IMG/VR virus record: IMGVR_UViG_3300030104_003662
Coordinates: 62,001 to 96,799 of that record
DNA: 34,799 nt
Strand: one strand, 5' to 3'
From: an uncultured virus (IMG/VR IMGVR_UViG_3300030104_003662)
Taxonomy: Duplodnaviria; Heunggongvirae; Uroviricota; Caudoviricetes
Part shown: positions 26,694-34,305 of the stretch, in pieces
Position numbering within the stretch: position 1 is the stretch's first letter
Layout of the letters: each line of letters begins with the position of its first letter
Translations under genes and position numbers: made by a program
Notes under the pieces: model-generated
The model's database searches: none
Told to the model about the DNA's origin: nothing
Seen by the model: the letters and a program-made list of their open reading frames with translations, nothing else

Positions 26694-28693
26694 ACCACCT
26701 CGTATTTCCAAGCACGCTCTTGCTTAAGTTTTCTAACCAGTTCCTTGACAAGACCCTTGCGTTCCTCAACATCTCCACCGTCTAGTACAGATTTAACCAC
26801 TTGCCTTTTCTGTTCAACTACACGGTCAAAGTGTTCGTCTATCGTACCGGCGCATGATATGTACACAGCGTGTACATGTTGGCTCTCCTGTCCTATTCTA
26901 TAGACTCGGTCCTCTGCCTGTTCTTCGTCAGTCGGAACCCATTCGCGCTCGATGAATAGAACTGTGTCTGCCGCTGTAAGTGTGATGCCCTCCTTGGCTG
27001 CAATTGTATTGCAGATGAGTACATCTATGTGACCCGCTTGGAAATCATCAACCAACTCTTGCCTCCTCTTAGAAGAAGTGTCACCATTGATGTAATTTAT
27101 TCGCTTGGTATTTCCATACTGCTCTAGTGCTTTCAGTTGCTCGCCTATCATTACCATGACATCACGATGATGAGTGAATACAACCAGCGGCATTTTCGTT
27201 TGGTCACGATACTGCCCTATCCAGTCGATGGCATACTTGACTTTGATTCTCCCGCATATATGTCTCAGGTCATTGAGCATGTTCAGCATCATGCCCTTTG
27301 GTAGCGACTCTCCGTTTAGGTAGTGGTCGTCTATTCTTCTGTCCCACTCCTCTTGCGCTATGTCATAAGGCTCCCTTTCAGACTTAGACAAATGTATAGG
27401 TAAGAAGGTACGAGTCTTAGGTGGTAGGTCAGGTAGTACTTCGCTCTTGAGTCTACGAATACATAAGTCACGAATCCTTTCATTGAGTTCCTTAGTGTGA
27501 CTTGCACCTGTGAAATCCCAGCCGAAGCCATTGTTCCAAGGGTCGCAGTAACGCTGTGCGAAGTTCCAAAAGTTAGGGAATTGCTCAGGGCGCATCAAGT
27601 TCAGAGTGTTGAAGAACTCAGAGGGGCGGCTGCTAATAGCAGTGCCACTAAGTGCAATCACCTTGGGTGAATCCTGTGCTACTAACAGAGTCGCCTGTGT
27701 CCGTTTTGCTCTACTGTTCTTTAGGTAATGTACTTCATCAAGTACAACCAACTTAGGACCTAGTGCAATTAGTTCGTCTTGCTTCTTCACCATCAAGTCA
27801 TAATTGATTATGATAATGTCAGCCGTTTCTATCGTTTCCTTACCCTTGGTAATGACCGTCACACTCTCAGTAGGTAACCACTTACTTACTTCTTTTTTCC
27901 AGTTGAACTTGACATTTGCAGGGCTGACTACAAGCATCGGCCTGTCCTTTGGGTTAATCGCAGCGTAACCTATGGTGGATATTGTCTTGCCAATTCCCAT
28001 CTCATCACCAATCAAACACATACCATTACTTGCTTCTGCAAACGCAACCGCTACCTTTTGGAAAGGGTACAGTTCCATGTCTTCGGGCAAGCAGTCATCC
28101 AGTCTATAGGATATTGACTCTACTCGCTCATCGGTTAATTCGGCAGCGGAACTCATCTCCACTCGCTCTATACTATCTGCGACATCAGCATTGATGTCCT
28201 CGTTACTAAGGATAGCCTGTGCCAAAGGTGGGTAGGAGTCCTCAATAAGTGAATGTAATGTGCGTGCTTGTGCGACAGGTATCGACCAGCACTTCTTGTC
28301 AGCATGAAACTTACGACCGCCTATGCTACGCACAGCAAGGCGTACAGTTTCACGCAGTTCGCTGTCTACAATGTAGGGCCAGTGCAAGTGTAACCTAGTA
28401 CGCTTAACCTCAGTCCAACACTCTGATTTGTTTTGCTGGTTTTCGGGGAGGGTTCCGTTGTGTTTGTGAATATACTCTGTATCATAGTTCAACTCTTCAA
28501 GTACCTGACATGCCTCGTCAATGACATACTTCTTGTTCTCTATGCTCCACAATTTTCTATCCGCATCCCACTTGAACTTAGGGAAACCCAGTGTCGACTT
28601 GAGCAGTTCATTGGTGTCAGGGTCATAACTGTACTTGAGGCCGAGCCTTTCGCCGTAGTCATCATTGTACAACTCTATGCTAATTCGCTTCAT
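26690..28693 (-). CDS. SNF2-family helicase with two HARP-like domains (SMARCAL1-like)
   Basis: LYPFQ, DEMGIGKT, DEVH, SGT, RRLK, EGITLT, QAEDRVYRIGQ; N-terminal KWDADRKLWSI and KFHADKKCWSI repeats. Confidence 0.93.
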   Translation of the reverse strand: MKRISIELYNDDYGERLGLKYSYDPDTNELLKSTLGFPKFKWDADRKLWSIENKKYVIDEACQVLEELNYDTEYIHKHNGTLPENQQNKSECWTEVKRTRLHLHWPYIVDSELRETVRLAVRSIGGRKFHADKKCWSIPVAQARTLHSLIEDSYPPLAQAILSNEDINADVADSIERVEMSSAAELTDERVESISYRLDDCLPEDMELYPFQKVAVAFAEASNGMCLIGDEMGIGKTISTIGYAAINPKDRPMLVVSPANVKFNWKKEVSKWLPTESVTVITKGKETIETADIIIINYDLMVKKQDELIALGPKLVVLDEVHYLKNSRAKRTQATLLVAQDSPKVIALSGTAISSRPSEFFNTLNLMRPEQFPNFWNFAQRYCDPWNNGFGWDFTGASHTKELNERIRDLCIRRLKSEVLPDLPPKTRTFLPIHLSKSEREPYDIAQEEWDRRIDDHYLNGESLPKGMMLNMLNDLRHICGRIKVKYAIDWIGQYRDQTKMPLVVFTHHRDVMVMIGEQLKALEQYGNTKRINYINGDTSSKRRQELVDDFQAGHIDVLICNTIAAKEGITLTAADTVLFIEREWVPTDEEQAEDRVYRIGQESQHVHAVYISCAGTIDEHFDRVVEQKRQVVKSVLDGGDVEERKGLVKELVRKLKQERAWKYEVV

Positions 28694-28697
28694 ACTG

Positions 28698-28967
28698 TCA
28701 CCTCTTCATTTTTTCCCAACAATAATAGCATTCATATTCACCATCAGCATTAGGGTTTTCAAGGGTTCTACCAAATTGTAAATGCTGTTCGTTTACTGAT
28801 ACGGAATCACATTCATTACACCAACCTGCATTATCCCTATAATACAGGAACTTATCATATGAGAAATCCTCATCCTCCATGTACATTAACACCTCATGCT
28901 CCCAATTTTTCTGCCTTTTCAAGTATTCAATTTCCTCTTTCAACTTCTTAACCTGTTCTTCATTCAT
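28698..28967 (-). CDS. Small Zn-finger protein
   Basis: CNEC...CYYC; starts within one junction element and stops within the next. Confidence 0.65.
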   Translation of the reverse strand: MNEEQVKKLKEEIEYLKRQKNWEHEVLMYMEDEDFSYDKFLYYRDNAGWCNECDSVSVNEQHLQFGRTLENPNADGEYECYYCWEKMKR

Positions 28968-29233
28968 GCTGTCACCTCCCACCACCAATGGGGTAATCCA
29001 TCTGTATGAGGTTGATGTGAAGCAAGGGCTTGGAAACTACAACACCCGCACATATACATTATCACATAGGGGTTCGTATCGCTCATACCAAACTTCATCA
29101 TCTCGTATTCTTCGTCTTCATCGGAGCAATTTGGGCACATCGAACTATTCACAAAGGGTAATTTTAGAGCATTTTTTCTGTCTAATTCATCTTCATGTTT
29201 GTCCTTATCTTCTTCATGTTCCCAACCTTTCAC
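28964..29233 (-). CDS. Small Zn-finger protein ending in EVTA
   Basis: CPNC...CGCC; GTG start in a junction element. Confidence 0.65.
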   Translation of the reverse strand: MKGWEHEEDKDKHEDELDRKNALKLPFVNSSMCPNCSDEDEEYEMMKFGMSDTNPYVIMYMCGCCSFQALASHQPHTDGLPHWWWEVTA

Positions 29234-29406
29234 GCCGTCACCTCCACGCTATAACCTCGCTCTTGTCTAATGCGCTCTGCGCTCAAGATATATGGCCCTT
29301 CAAGGCACTGGGTTGAAGATAGATTCGCATAGCAATCCATCTCCTGTTTGCTGTCACAAAGAATAGTCGTGCCATTATTGTTTAGTACAATCCACACTCG
29401 CTTCAC
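29230..29406 (-). CDS. 58-aa microprotein ending in VEVTA
   Basis: GTG 29406 follows SD GGAGGG; ends in a junction element. Confidence 0.6.
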   Translation of the reverse strand: MKRVWIVLNNNGTTILCDSKQEMDCYANLSSTQCLEGPYILSAERIRQERGYSVEVTA

Positions 29407-29564
29407 GCTGTTTCCCTCCATTGTTTCATAAAATGATAGGCGCTATCAATCGCAGTGCGCCTGTCTATAGAACGGTTCCACCTTTGTAGTTGTTCTGCCA
29501 CAGCAGTAACACTGGCTCCTTCACTAAGCATCGTATGTAGTTGGCCCATCTTACCCATACTCAT
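29403..29564 (-). CDS. 53-aa microprotein ending in WRETA (not in ORF track)
   Basis: MSMGKMGQLHTMLSEGASVTAVAEQLQRWNRSIDRRTAIDSAYHFMKQWRETA*; overlaps at both ends. Confidence 0.6.
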   Translation of the reverse strand: MSMGKMGQLHTMLSEGASVTAVAEQLQRWNRSIDRRTAIDSAYHFMKQWRETA

Positions 29565-29743
29565 TCCTCCTCATCGGGTACAATCTCAGGCATTTGTACA
29601 TCAAACCTAGTACCGTAGTCGTTCATGTAGATATGATGCTTAGTGAAATCTATATCGTTAAAGATACATAGGTCTATCCAAGCCTCTCTGACTTTATTTT
29701 TCAGGGCTGCCTTTAGTAAATAATTATCCATTGTCATATTCAT
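29561..29743 (-). CDS. Hypothetical microprotein
   Basis: 60 aa; GAGGAATGA coupling at both ends. Confidence 0.6.
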   Translation of the reverse strand: MNMTMDNYLLKAALKNKVREAWIDLCIFNDIDFTKHHIYMNDYGTRFDVQMPEIVPDEEE

Positions 29744-30162
29744 TCCTCCTTTGGGTTTAGTGAGTAGCCGTTCTCAAGCACTTTTTCGCACTTAGGGCAT
29801 ACTCCTCCCTCGTGACCTTCTAGGTAGTTGTTACAATAATGTCGCTGCATGAAACCAATTTCGTTCCTAGGCTTACTGAATACCCTACCTTTGAATGTAC
29901 ACGCTGAATACTTCTTGACACCTGCTGGTTTAGGTTTGTACGCTTGGTGATGTTTCCACCACCCATCCAACTCTTCACAACAGACACCGTCTTTATCGCA
30001 AGAGTCGTAGCCGTTCTCTTCGACCCAAGCAATTGCTTCGGCCATTGAGTTGACTCCACGCACTGCGTATGTACGACTGTTCTTCTCAGCAACCTCGACA
30101 TAGTATTCGGTGTGCTGGTTTCCTTCTTTGTCTGTCTTTAATGCTATCATATTATAATTCAT
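29740..30162 (-). CDS. Cys-rich hypothetical protein
   Basis: 140 aa; CPKC and other cysteines; SD GAGGG. Confidence 0.65.
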   Translation of the reverse strand: MNYNMIALKTDKEGNQHTEYYVEVAEKNSRTYAVRGVNSMAEAIAWVEENGYDSCDKDGVCCEELDGWWKHHQAYKPKPAGVKKYSACTFKGRVFSKPRNEIGFMQRHYCNNYLEGHEGGVCPKCEKVLENGYSLNPKEE

Positions 30163-30328
30163 TCAAATCCCTCGCTCTCATTTCTAAACTACCAATTGTG
30201 TTATTGAATAGTTGATATTGTTCTTCTGTAATATCACCTGCTCTTTTCATATCGTGTGCTGCGTGAACAACCTCTTCAAGATTGGTCATCAGTTGGCTCC
30301 ATCTTAGTTCTGCTTTTGTTATTGTCAT
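30152..30328 (-). CDS. 58-aa helical microprotein (not in ORF track)
   Basis: MTITKAELRWSQLMTNLEEVVHAAHDMKRAG...RARDLNEL*; SD GGAGGGG. Confidence 0.55.
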   Translation of the reverse strand: MTITKAELRWSQLMTNLEEVVHAAHDMKRAGDITEEQYQLFNNTIGSLEMRARDLNEL

Positions 30329-30462
30329 CTCATCCCCTCCAAATCATCTAGGCATTTCTGAATAAACTCCTTTACCTTCTCTTCATCTCCGTCTTCTGCT
30401 GCTTCTAGTGCTATGTCTAAGCATACACTTGCATGCATTAATCTATCTATATTCATATTCAT
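30325..30462 (-). CDS. 45-aa acidic microprotein (not in ORF track)
   Basis: MNMNIDRLMHASVCLDIALEAAEDGDEEKVKEFIQKCLDDLEGMR*; ATGA overlaps at both ends. Confidence 0.55.
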   Translation of the reverse strand: MNMNIDRLMHASVCLDIALEAAEDGDEEKVKEFIQKCLDDLEGMR

Positions 30463-30746
30463 TCCTCCTCTTTGTCTATTCCATAGAACTCATTCATGGC
30501 TTTATCTCTTGTCTCCATGTATTCATCCCAAGTTATGTTCGTACAAAAGTACTCGACACATTCCTTACCAGTGATACTCATGTCCTCAACGGATGGGCGA
30601 TACCACCCTACCTTACCCGCTGTGCCGAACTCAAACCCTGCGAAACTACCGCAAGGTAAGATGCGGAAGTGGGTATGACCTGACGCTTTGGCCATTAATA
30701 GTATATGCTCAAGCCATTCGATGTTACAAAACTGTGTGCTTCTCAT
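30459..30746 (-). CDS. Hypothetical protein
   Basis: 95 aa; coupled on both sides. Confidence 0.6.
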   Translation of the reverse strand: MRSTQFCNIEWLEHILLMAKASGHTHFRILPCGSFAGFEFGTAGKVGWYRPSVEDMSITGKECVEYFCTNITWDEYMETRDKAMNEFYGIDKEEE

Positions 30747-31156
30747 TCAGTCGCCTCCTTCTTTCCAATAATACCGGACACATCTACTCGATATGCCCCG
30801 CTGGAATCTACTTCATTTTCCAATGGAACTTTAGGTTTCTCATCCGTTTCCTTGGTTTTTGGAGAAAGGGTGGCGATTTCTATTTCAATGTCCTCCAAGT
30901 TCTTACCTGCAAGGTCACCGAAGCCCTCCTCATTATCCTCATCAAACCACATGGTGTAGTTCTCTGCCTTGAACGATATACCGCTCTTTTGACATGTACC
31001 ATGTATAGTCTCAGTTTCCTCATCAAGCCAGTAATCAAAGTCGAATCCATTCTTCACGCAGTCTTGTAGTACCCTAAATGTCAGCATGGTCGCTTCTAAT
31101 CTCTGTGCTTGTTTTGTCAATTCTTCTGCTTGCTTTTCATAATCTTTCATATTCAT
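30743..31156 (-). CDS. Acidic hypothetical protein
   Basis: 137 aa; coupled on both sides. Confidence 0.65.
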   Translation of the reverse strand: MNMKDYEKQAEELTKQAQRLEATMLTFRVLQDCVKNGFDFDYWLDEETETIHGTCQKSGISFKAENYTMWFDEDNEEGFGDLAGKNLEDIEIEIATLSPKTKETDEKPKVPLENEVDSSGAYRVDVSGIIGKKEATE

Positions 31157-31317
31157 TGTTCCATCTCCAATTTAATTATTCTGTCCTCAATTCCTTTAAG
31201 TTGTAATTTAGCCATGTGTAACTGGCTATTCACAAGGTTAAACATTTGTTGTAAATCGTTTACATGGCGTTGCTTCGCATCCCTATATGCTAGATAGTAT
31301 TCCAAATCGTATTTCAT
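31153..31317 (-). CDS. 54-aa coiled-coil microprotein (not in ORF track)
   Basis: MKYDLEYYLAYRDAKQRHVNDLQQMF...IKLEMEQ*; ATGA overlaps at both ends. Confidence 0.55.
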   Translation of the reverse strand: MKYDLEYYLAYRDAKQRHVNDLQQMFNLVNSQLHMAKLQLKGIEDRIIKLEMEQ

Positions 31318-31481
31318 ATTACCAACCCTTCATCAGGCTCACATACCCAACAGGTATAGAACCAATCTATCCTTTTTCCAGTCCAATTGTCATAACGGAC
31401 TTGTAATTCAAAGGTACCGCCTTTGTTGATTCCTTCGGTTCTTTTCGTACCACACTTAGGACAACTCTTCAAGTAACTCAT
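31314..31481 (-). CDS. 55-aa Zn-ribbon microprotein (not in ORF track)
   Basis: MSYLKSCPKCG...YTCWVCEPDEGLVI*; ATGA overlaps at both ends. Confidence 0.6.
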   Translation of the reverse strand: MSYLKSCPKCGTKRTEGINKGGTFELQVRYDNWTGKRIDWFYTCWVCEPDEGLVI

Positions 31482-31918
31482 ATTTTCATCTCCTTCACTT
31501 CTTTCATATCATTTATGTACAGTGTCGATAACTCTACTGCATCATCTATTGGTACATACTCCAAGGCATGCACCTCTCCGTTACTGAACTCCACCGCACG
31601 ATATTCGTATGGTAAATCCAAAGGAACGGCTGAGAACATACCGCTAGGTATGCTCGCTGGAATTATACTGTAATAGATAGTCTCGATACTATCCTTTAGT
31701 GGATGATGTGACCCGTTGACATTGTACCATGTGTCTAGTAGTGACTGTGCATGTATAGCCATCCAAGCATAGTTACCTCTACTTTCATGCACCCAGTCAT
31801 AGAGACAGTCGCCCTCATCGAATGATGATAGTACCGACTGTATGGCTGAGTCAAGCATGTGCGTAGGGTACTTCTTTGCCGCTTGGTCGGGCATCTTATC
31901 TAAGTATAGTATGCTCAT
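31478..31918 (-). CDS. Degenerate paralog of pyrimidine-dimer glycosylase-like protein
   Basis: MSILYLDKMPDQAAK...W...S..NYAW...H...L...G..H...LPYEYR aligns with 33199-33765; start ATG 31918. Confidence 0.6.
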   Translation of the reverse strand: MSILYLDKMPDQAAKKYPTHMLDSAIQSVLSSFDEGDCLYDWVHESRGNYAWMAIHAQSLLDTWYNVNGSHHPLKDSIETIYYSIIPASIPSGMFSAVPLDLPYEYRAVEFSNGEVHALEYVPIDDAVELSTLYINDMKEVKEMKI

Positions 31919-32100
31919 AGATAGCACAACCCCAATTTCCTTTCTACCCATGCCTGAACATCGAGATAATCTTCTTCTGTATATTCATACCCTGATGCTT
32001 TGTACCCCATATTATTCCTGTCTCCGTGCTCTATCACCTTATGAATACCTTCGTAAATCATAAACTCGGCCAATGCTCTCAACTTTGCTCCATGAATCAT
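31915..32100 (-). CDS. Hypothetical microprotein
   Basis: 61 aa; ATGA-coupled. Confidence 0.6.
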   Translation of the reverse strand: MIHGAKLRALAEFMIYEGIHKVIEHGDRNNMGYKASGYEYTEEDYLDVQAWVERKLGLCYL

Positions 32101-32279
32101 TTGTCGCTCGCCTCTTCTTTTGTCAAGTAGTAGTTAGCATACTCAGGGTATTGCCTAAGTATATCGACCACTACCTTGTGGTTCTCGTCATAGTCTTCGC
32201 CGTCGGTTGTTCTAGCAGTAAAGTATGCTCTGATTATATCGTCTATCTCGTCTAGTCTCATTGGATGCTTCATTTTCAA
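32097..32279 (-). CDS. Hypothetical microprotein
   Basis: 58-60 aa; first gene after promoter copy 3. Confidence 0.6.
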   Translation of the reverse strand: MKMKHPMRLDEIDDIIRAYFTARTTDGEDYDENHKVVVDILRQYPEYANYYLTKEEASDK

Positions 32280-32286
32280 TCACTCT

Positions 32287-32326
32287 CTATCTTCTCTTGT
32301 TTATTTATAAACGGAACCTTTCAGTC
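32287..32326 (-). promoter_or_regulatory. Conserved viral promoter repeat, copy 3
   Basis: Minus strand GACTGAAAGGTTCCGTTTATAAATAAACAAGAGAAGATAG. Confidence 0.8.
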
Positions 32327-32332
32327 CACTCT

Positions 32333-32548
32333 TTATTCCAAAGGGTGTTCAATTCCTTTTTCGCCCAGCGCCCATTTCAGTGTCTTGACTACACCTTCAA
32401 GTGCCTTGTAATTTCTGATATGAAAGACGCGCTCGGCCTTCTTGCCCCTCTGCATTTTGGTGTAGTGCATGTTCTGCTTGCGCTCTGCTCGGTCAAGCAT
32501 GTCCTCTATCTCGACCCATGTTCTATCGTATGTTCTCTGTTCACTCAT
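32333..32548 (-). CDS. Hypothetical helical protein (71 aa)
   Basis: MSEQRTYDRTW...ALEGVVKTLKWALG; start lies within a junction element. Confidence 0.7.
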   Translation of the reverse strand: MSEQRTYDRTWVEIEDMLDRAERKQNMHYTKMQRGKKAERVFHIRNYKALEGVVKTLKWALGEKGIEHPLE

Positions 32549-32664
32549 GCTGTCACCTCCACGCATCTTTCGCATTCTTTATTGACGCATACGGGCATCA
32601 TAGTCCACAGGTACAGCATGTGTTCTCCACAAGCGTAGCATGGGTTCAGTGCACTGTTACTCAT
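32545..32664 (-). CDS. 39-aa Cys-rich cassette microprotein
   Basis: MSNSALNPCYACGEHMLYLWTMMPVCVNKECERCVEVTA*. Confidence 0.6.
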   Translation of the reverse strand: MSNSALNPCYACGEHMLYLWTMMPVCVNKECERCVEVTA

Positions 32665-32822
32665 GCCGTCACCTCCACGCCTTCTTCATCAACCAAGTTA
32701 GCATATCTGCATTGAGAACAATACCAACCGAACCTCGGTGTATCAAATCGTTGTCCTTCATACTCAAGCGCAACCCATACCTCTTCTGTTTCATTATAAT
32801 GCCCGCACCTTGTACACTTCAC
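32661..32822 (-). CDS. 53-aa Zn-ribbon cassette microprotein
   Basis: MKCTRCGHYNETEEVWVALEYEGQRFDTPRFGWYCSQCRYANLVDEEGVEVTA*. Confidence 0.7.
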   Translation of the reverse strand: MKCTRCGHYNETEEVWVALEYEGQRFDTPRFGWYCSQCRYANLVDEEGVEVTA

Positions 32823-32980
32823 GCCGTCACCTCTTCATATTCTATCGCTTCTTCAACATTTTCTAAATGCTCTTGAATTATATCGTATCTAAGTTGTAAT
32901 TCGTCAAGTGCTTTCTTCATTTCCTTCAATGATTGTTCATAGCCACTTTTCATTCCCTTTAATGCTCTTAACTTACTCAC
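32819..32980 (-). CDS. 53-aa coiled-coil cassette microprotein
   Basis: MSKLRALKGMKSGYEQSLKEMKKALDELQLRYDIIQEHLENVEEAIEYEEVTA*. Confidence 0.65.
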   Translation of the reverse strand: MSKLRALKGMKSGYEQSLKEMKKALDELQLRYDIIQEHLENVEEAIEYEEVTA

Positions 32981-33066
32981 GCCGTCACCTCCACACCATT
33001 AACAAACATCTTGTATCGTATGCCATTGATAGTCCATATCGCTTTGTATGTTATTTCTTCACTCAC
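32977..33066 (-). CDS. 29-aa cassette microprotein
   Basis: MSEEITYKAIWTINGIRYKMFVNGVEVTA*. Confidence 0.55.
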   Translation of the reverse strand: MSEEITYKAIWTINGIRYKMFVNGVEVTA

Positions 33067-33070
33067 GCCG

Positions 33071-33202
33071 TCACCTCCACGCTCTCATACTTTCCACGCC
33101 AATTGATTTGCACATCTCATTCAAGACATCTTCACCATATCTATGTAGAATCCACTGCATCATTCTGTTCATCATATATTCATTTGTATCTATTTTTTTC
33201 AT
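33071..33202 (-). CDS. 43-aa cassette microprotein
   Basis: MKKIDTNEYMMNRMMQWILHRYGEDVLNEMCKSIGVESMRAWR*; stops at the TGA inside the SD of the next element. Confidence 0.6.
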   Translation of the reverse strand: MKKIDTNEYMMNRMMQWILHRYGEDVLNEMCKSIGVESMRAWR

Positions 33203-33765
33203 GCTGTCACCTCCACGCCTCGCCACCAGTCGGGAGCAGGTGTTCCCTTCTCCCACTTGGCGAATGTCTTGGAATGGTAGTAGGCTCGGTATGCTTTGAC
33301 CGCATCATCACCTTCTGCTTCCATGTAAAGCACATCATCACTACTTCCTCGTGGTCTATACTCGTCAGGCATAGCCAGTGCGAATGGTGTAAGTGCTGCT
33401 TTAGGACTTGGGTATTTGTCAGGAAACAAAAATACCAAACCTAACATTGAATGTATAGGTCGTTCACAAGCATGATTTTTACCAAAGCGCTTTGCGTATT
33501 CATTACACAAGGCTATTGCATGAGTGCATAGCCAAGCGAAGTTGGCCTCACTATCACCAGCCCATACTGTGCATGGGTGGTGAGCGTAGCCTCCCTTGTA
33601 AGGAGTCCCTGACTTAGTAAGTGGCATCTGCTCATCAGTAGCACCATGTCGGCGCAGGGCTGATGCCATCATCTGTGCTGCTTCAACACACATCTTAGGC
33701 ACATGCTTGTCGCAGTGCATTCGTGCTGCTATCACTGGGTCTTTATCTAATACAAATATATTCAT
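33199..33765 (-). CDS. Pyrimidine-dimer DNA glycosylase / endonuclease V-like protein
   Basis: MNIFVLD.DP..AA..HCDKHV.KM..E.AQM, HHPCTVW, AMPDEY, AYRAYY, W.K...PDW: family signatures. Confidence 0.85.
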   Translation of the reverse strand: MNIFVLDKDPVIAARMHCDKHVPKMCVEAAQMMASALRRHGATDEQMPLTKSGTPYKGGYAHHPCTVWAGDSEANFAWLCTHAIALCNEYAKRFGKNHACERPIHSMLGLVFLFPDKYPSPKAALTPFALAMPDEYRPRGSSDDVLYMEAEGDDAVKAYRAYYHSKTFAKWEKGTPAPDWWRGVEVTA

Positions 33766-33786
33766 CTTATCAACTCTAACTGTTTT

Positions 33787-33825
33787 CTACATTCTCTTGT
33801 TTATTTATAACCGGAACTCTTCGGT
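33787..33825 (-). promoter_or_regulatory. Conserved viral promoter repeat, copy 4 (heads the cassette array)
   Basis: Minus strand ACCGAAGAGTTCCGGTTATAAATAAACAAGAGAATGTAG. Confidence 0.8.
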
Positions 33826-34305
33826 TCACTTTTTACTCAAACTCCTATTCATCGGTATAACTGATTTGTTTATGTGGTTTCTAAATCGAGTGACCTGTGA
33901 TTTAAGATTCTTAATAACCGTGCTCAGTTCTTCTACTGAATTAACAGCCGACCTAGACCTTGAGTAAGCACCTGCTGACTGTTCAGAAATCGTATGCGCC
34001 AGTGTCTCAAATGTCTCCTTGGCAACCTTCTCCATCTGTTCTTCTACAATCGGTATTACAGTTGCGCCTATTGCTTCGTGTAATACTTTTAACAAGTCTT
34101 CTATCGAATCCATACGCTCTTCTATAGAATCCATACGATTGATTACACTTTCCTTATCTTTTTCTAGCGCCCTCTCCATCTGATTGTAAATGTTACTCCT
34201 AGAGCCTTTGCCTCTATTTCTACAATCGTAACAAATGCTATCGGTCGCTTTAGTTGAAAACTTTCTAAACTGTACTCCACAGTCATGGCACACAGCGTAC
34301 ATCAT
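33826..34305 (-). CDS. Zn-finger plus coiled-coil protein
   Basis: CHDC...CYDC followed by heptad repeats (RMDSIEERMDSIED). Confidence 0.7.
   Translation of the reverse strand: MMYAVCHDCGVQFRKFSTKATDSICYDCRNRGKGSRSNIYNQMERALEKDKESVINRMDSIEERMDSIEDLLKVLHEAIGATVIPIVEEQMEKVAKETFETLAHTISEQSAGAYSRSRSAVNSVEELSTVIKNLKSQVTRFRNHINKSVIPMNRSLSKK

Larger units (their letters stand above)
28691..29249 (-). repeat. Gene-junction element GGAGGTGACRGCRTGA, copies 1-3
   Basis: Copies at 28691-28704 (variant), 28964-28979 and 29230-29249; each supplies an SD, the upstream stop and the downstream start. Confidence 0.85.
32545..33218 (-). repeat. Array of six gene-junction elements GCGTGGAGGTGACRGCRTGA
   Basis: Copies begin at 32545, 32661, 32819, 32977, 33063 and 33199 (periods 116, 158, 158, 86, 136 bp). 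Confidence 0.9.

Noticed and set aside
32545..33218. CRISPR or mini-CRISPR array interpretation of the six repeats
   Set aside because: Intervals are long and irregular (periods 86-158 bp), each is an intact ORF, and the repeat is a non-palindromic SD/start/stop element.
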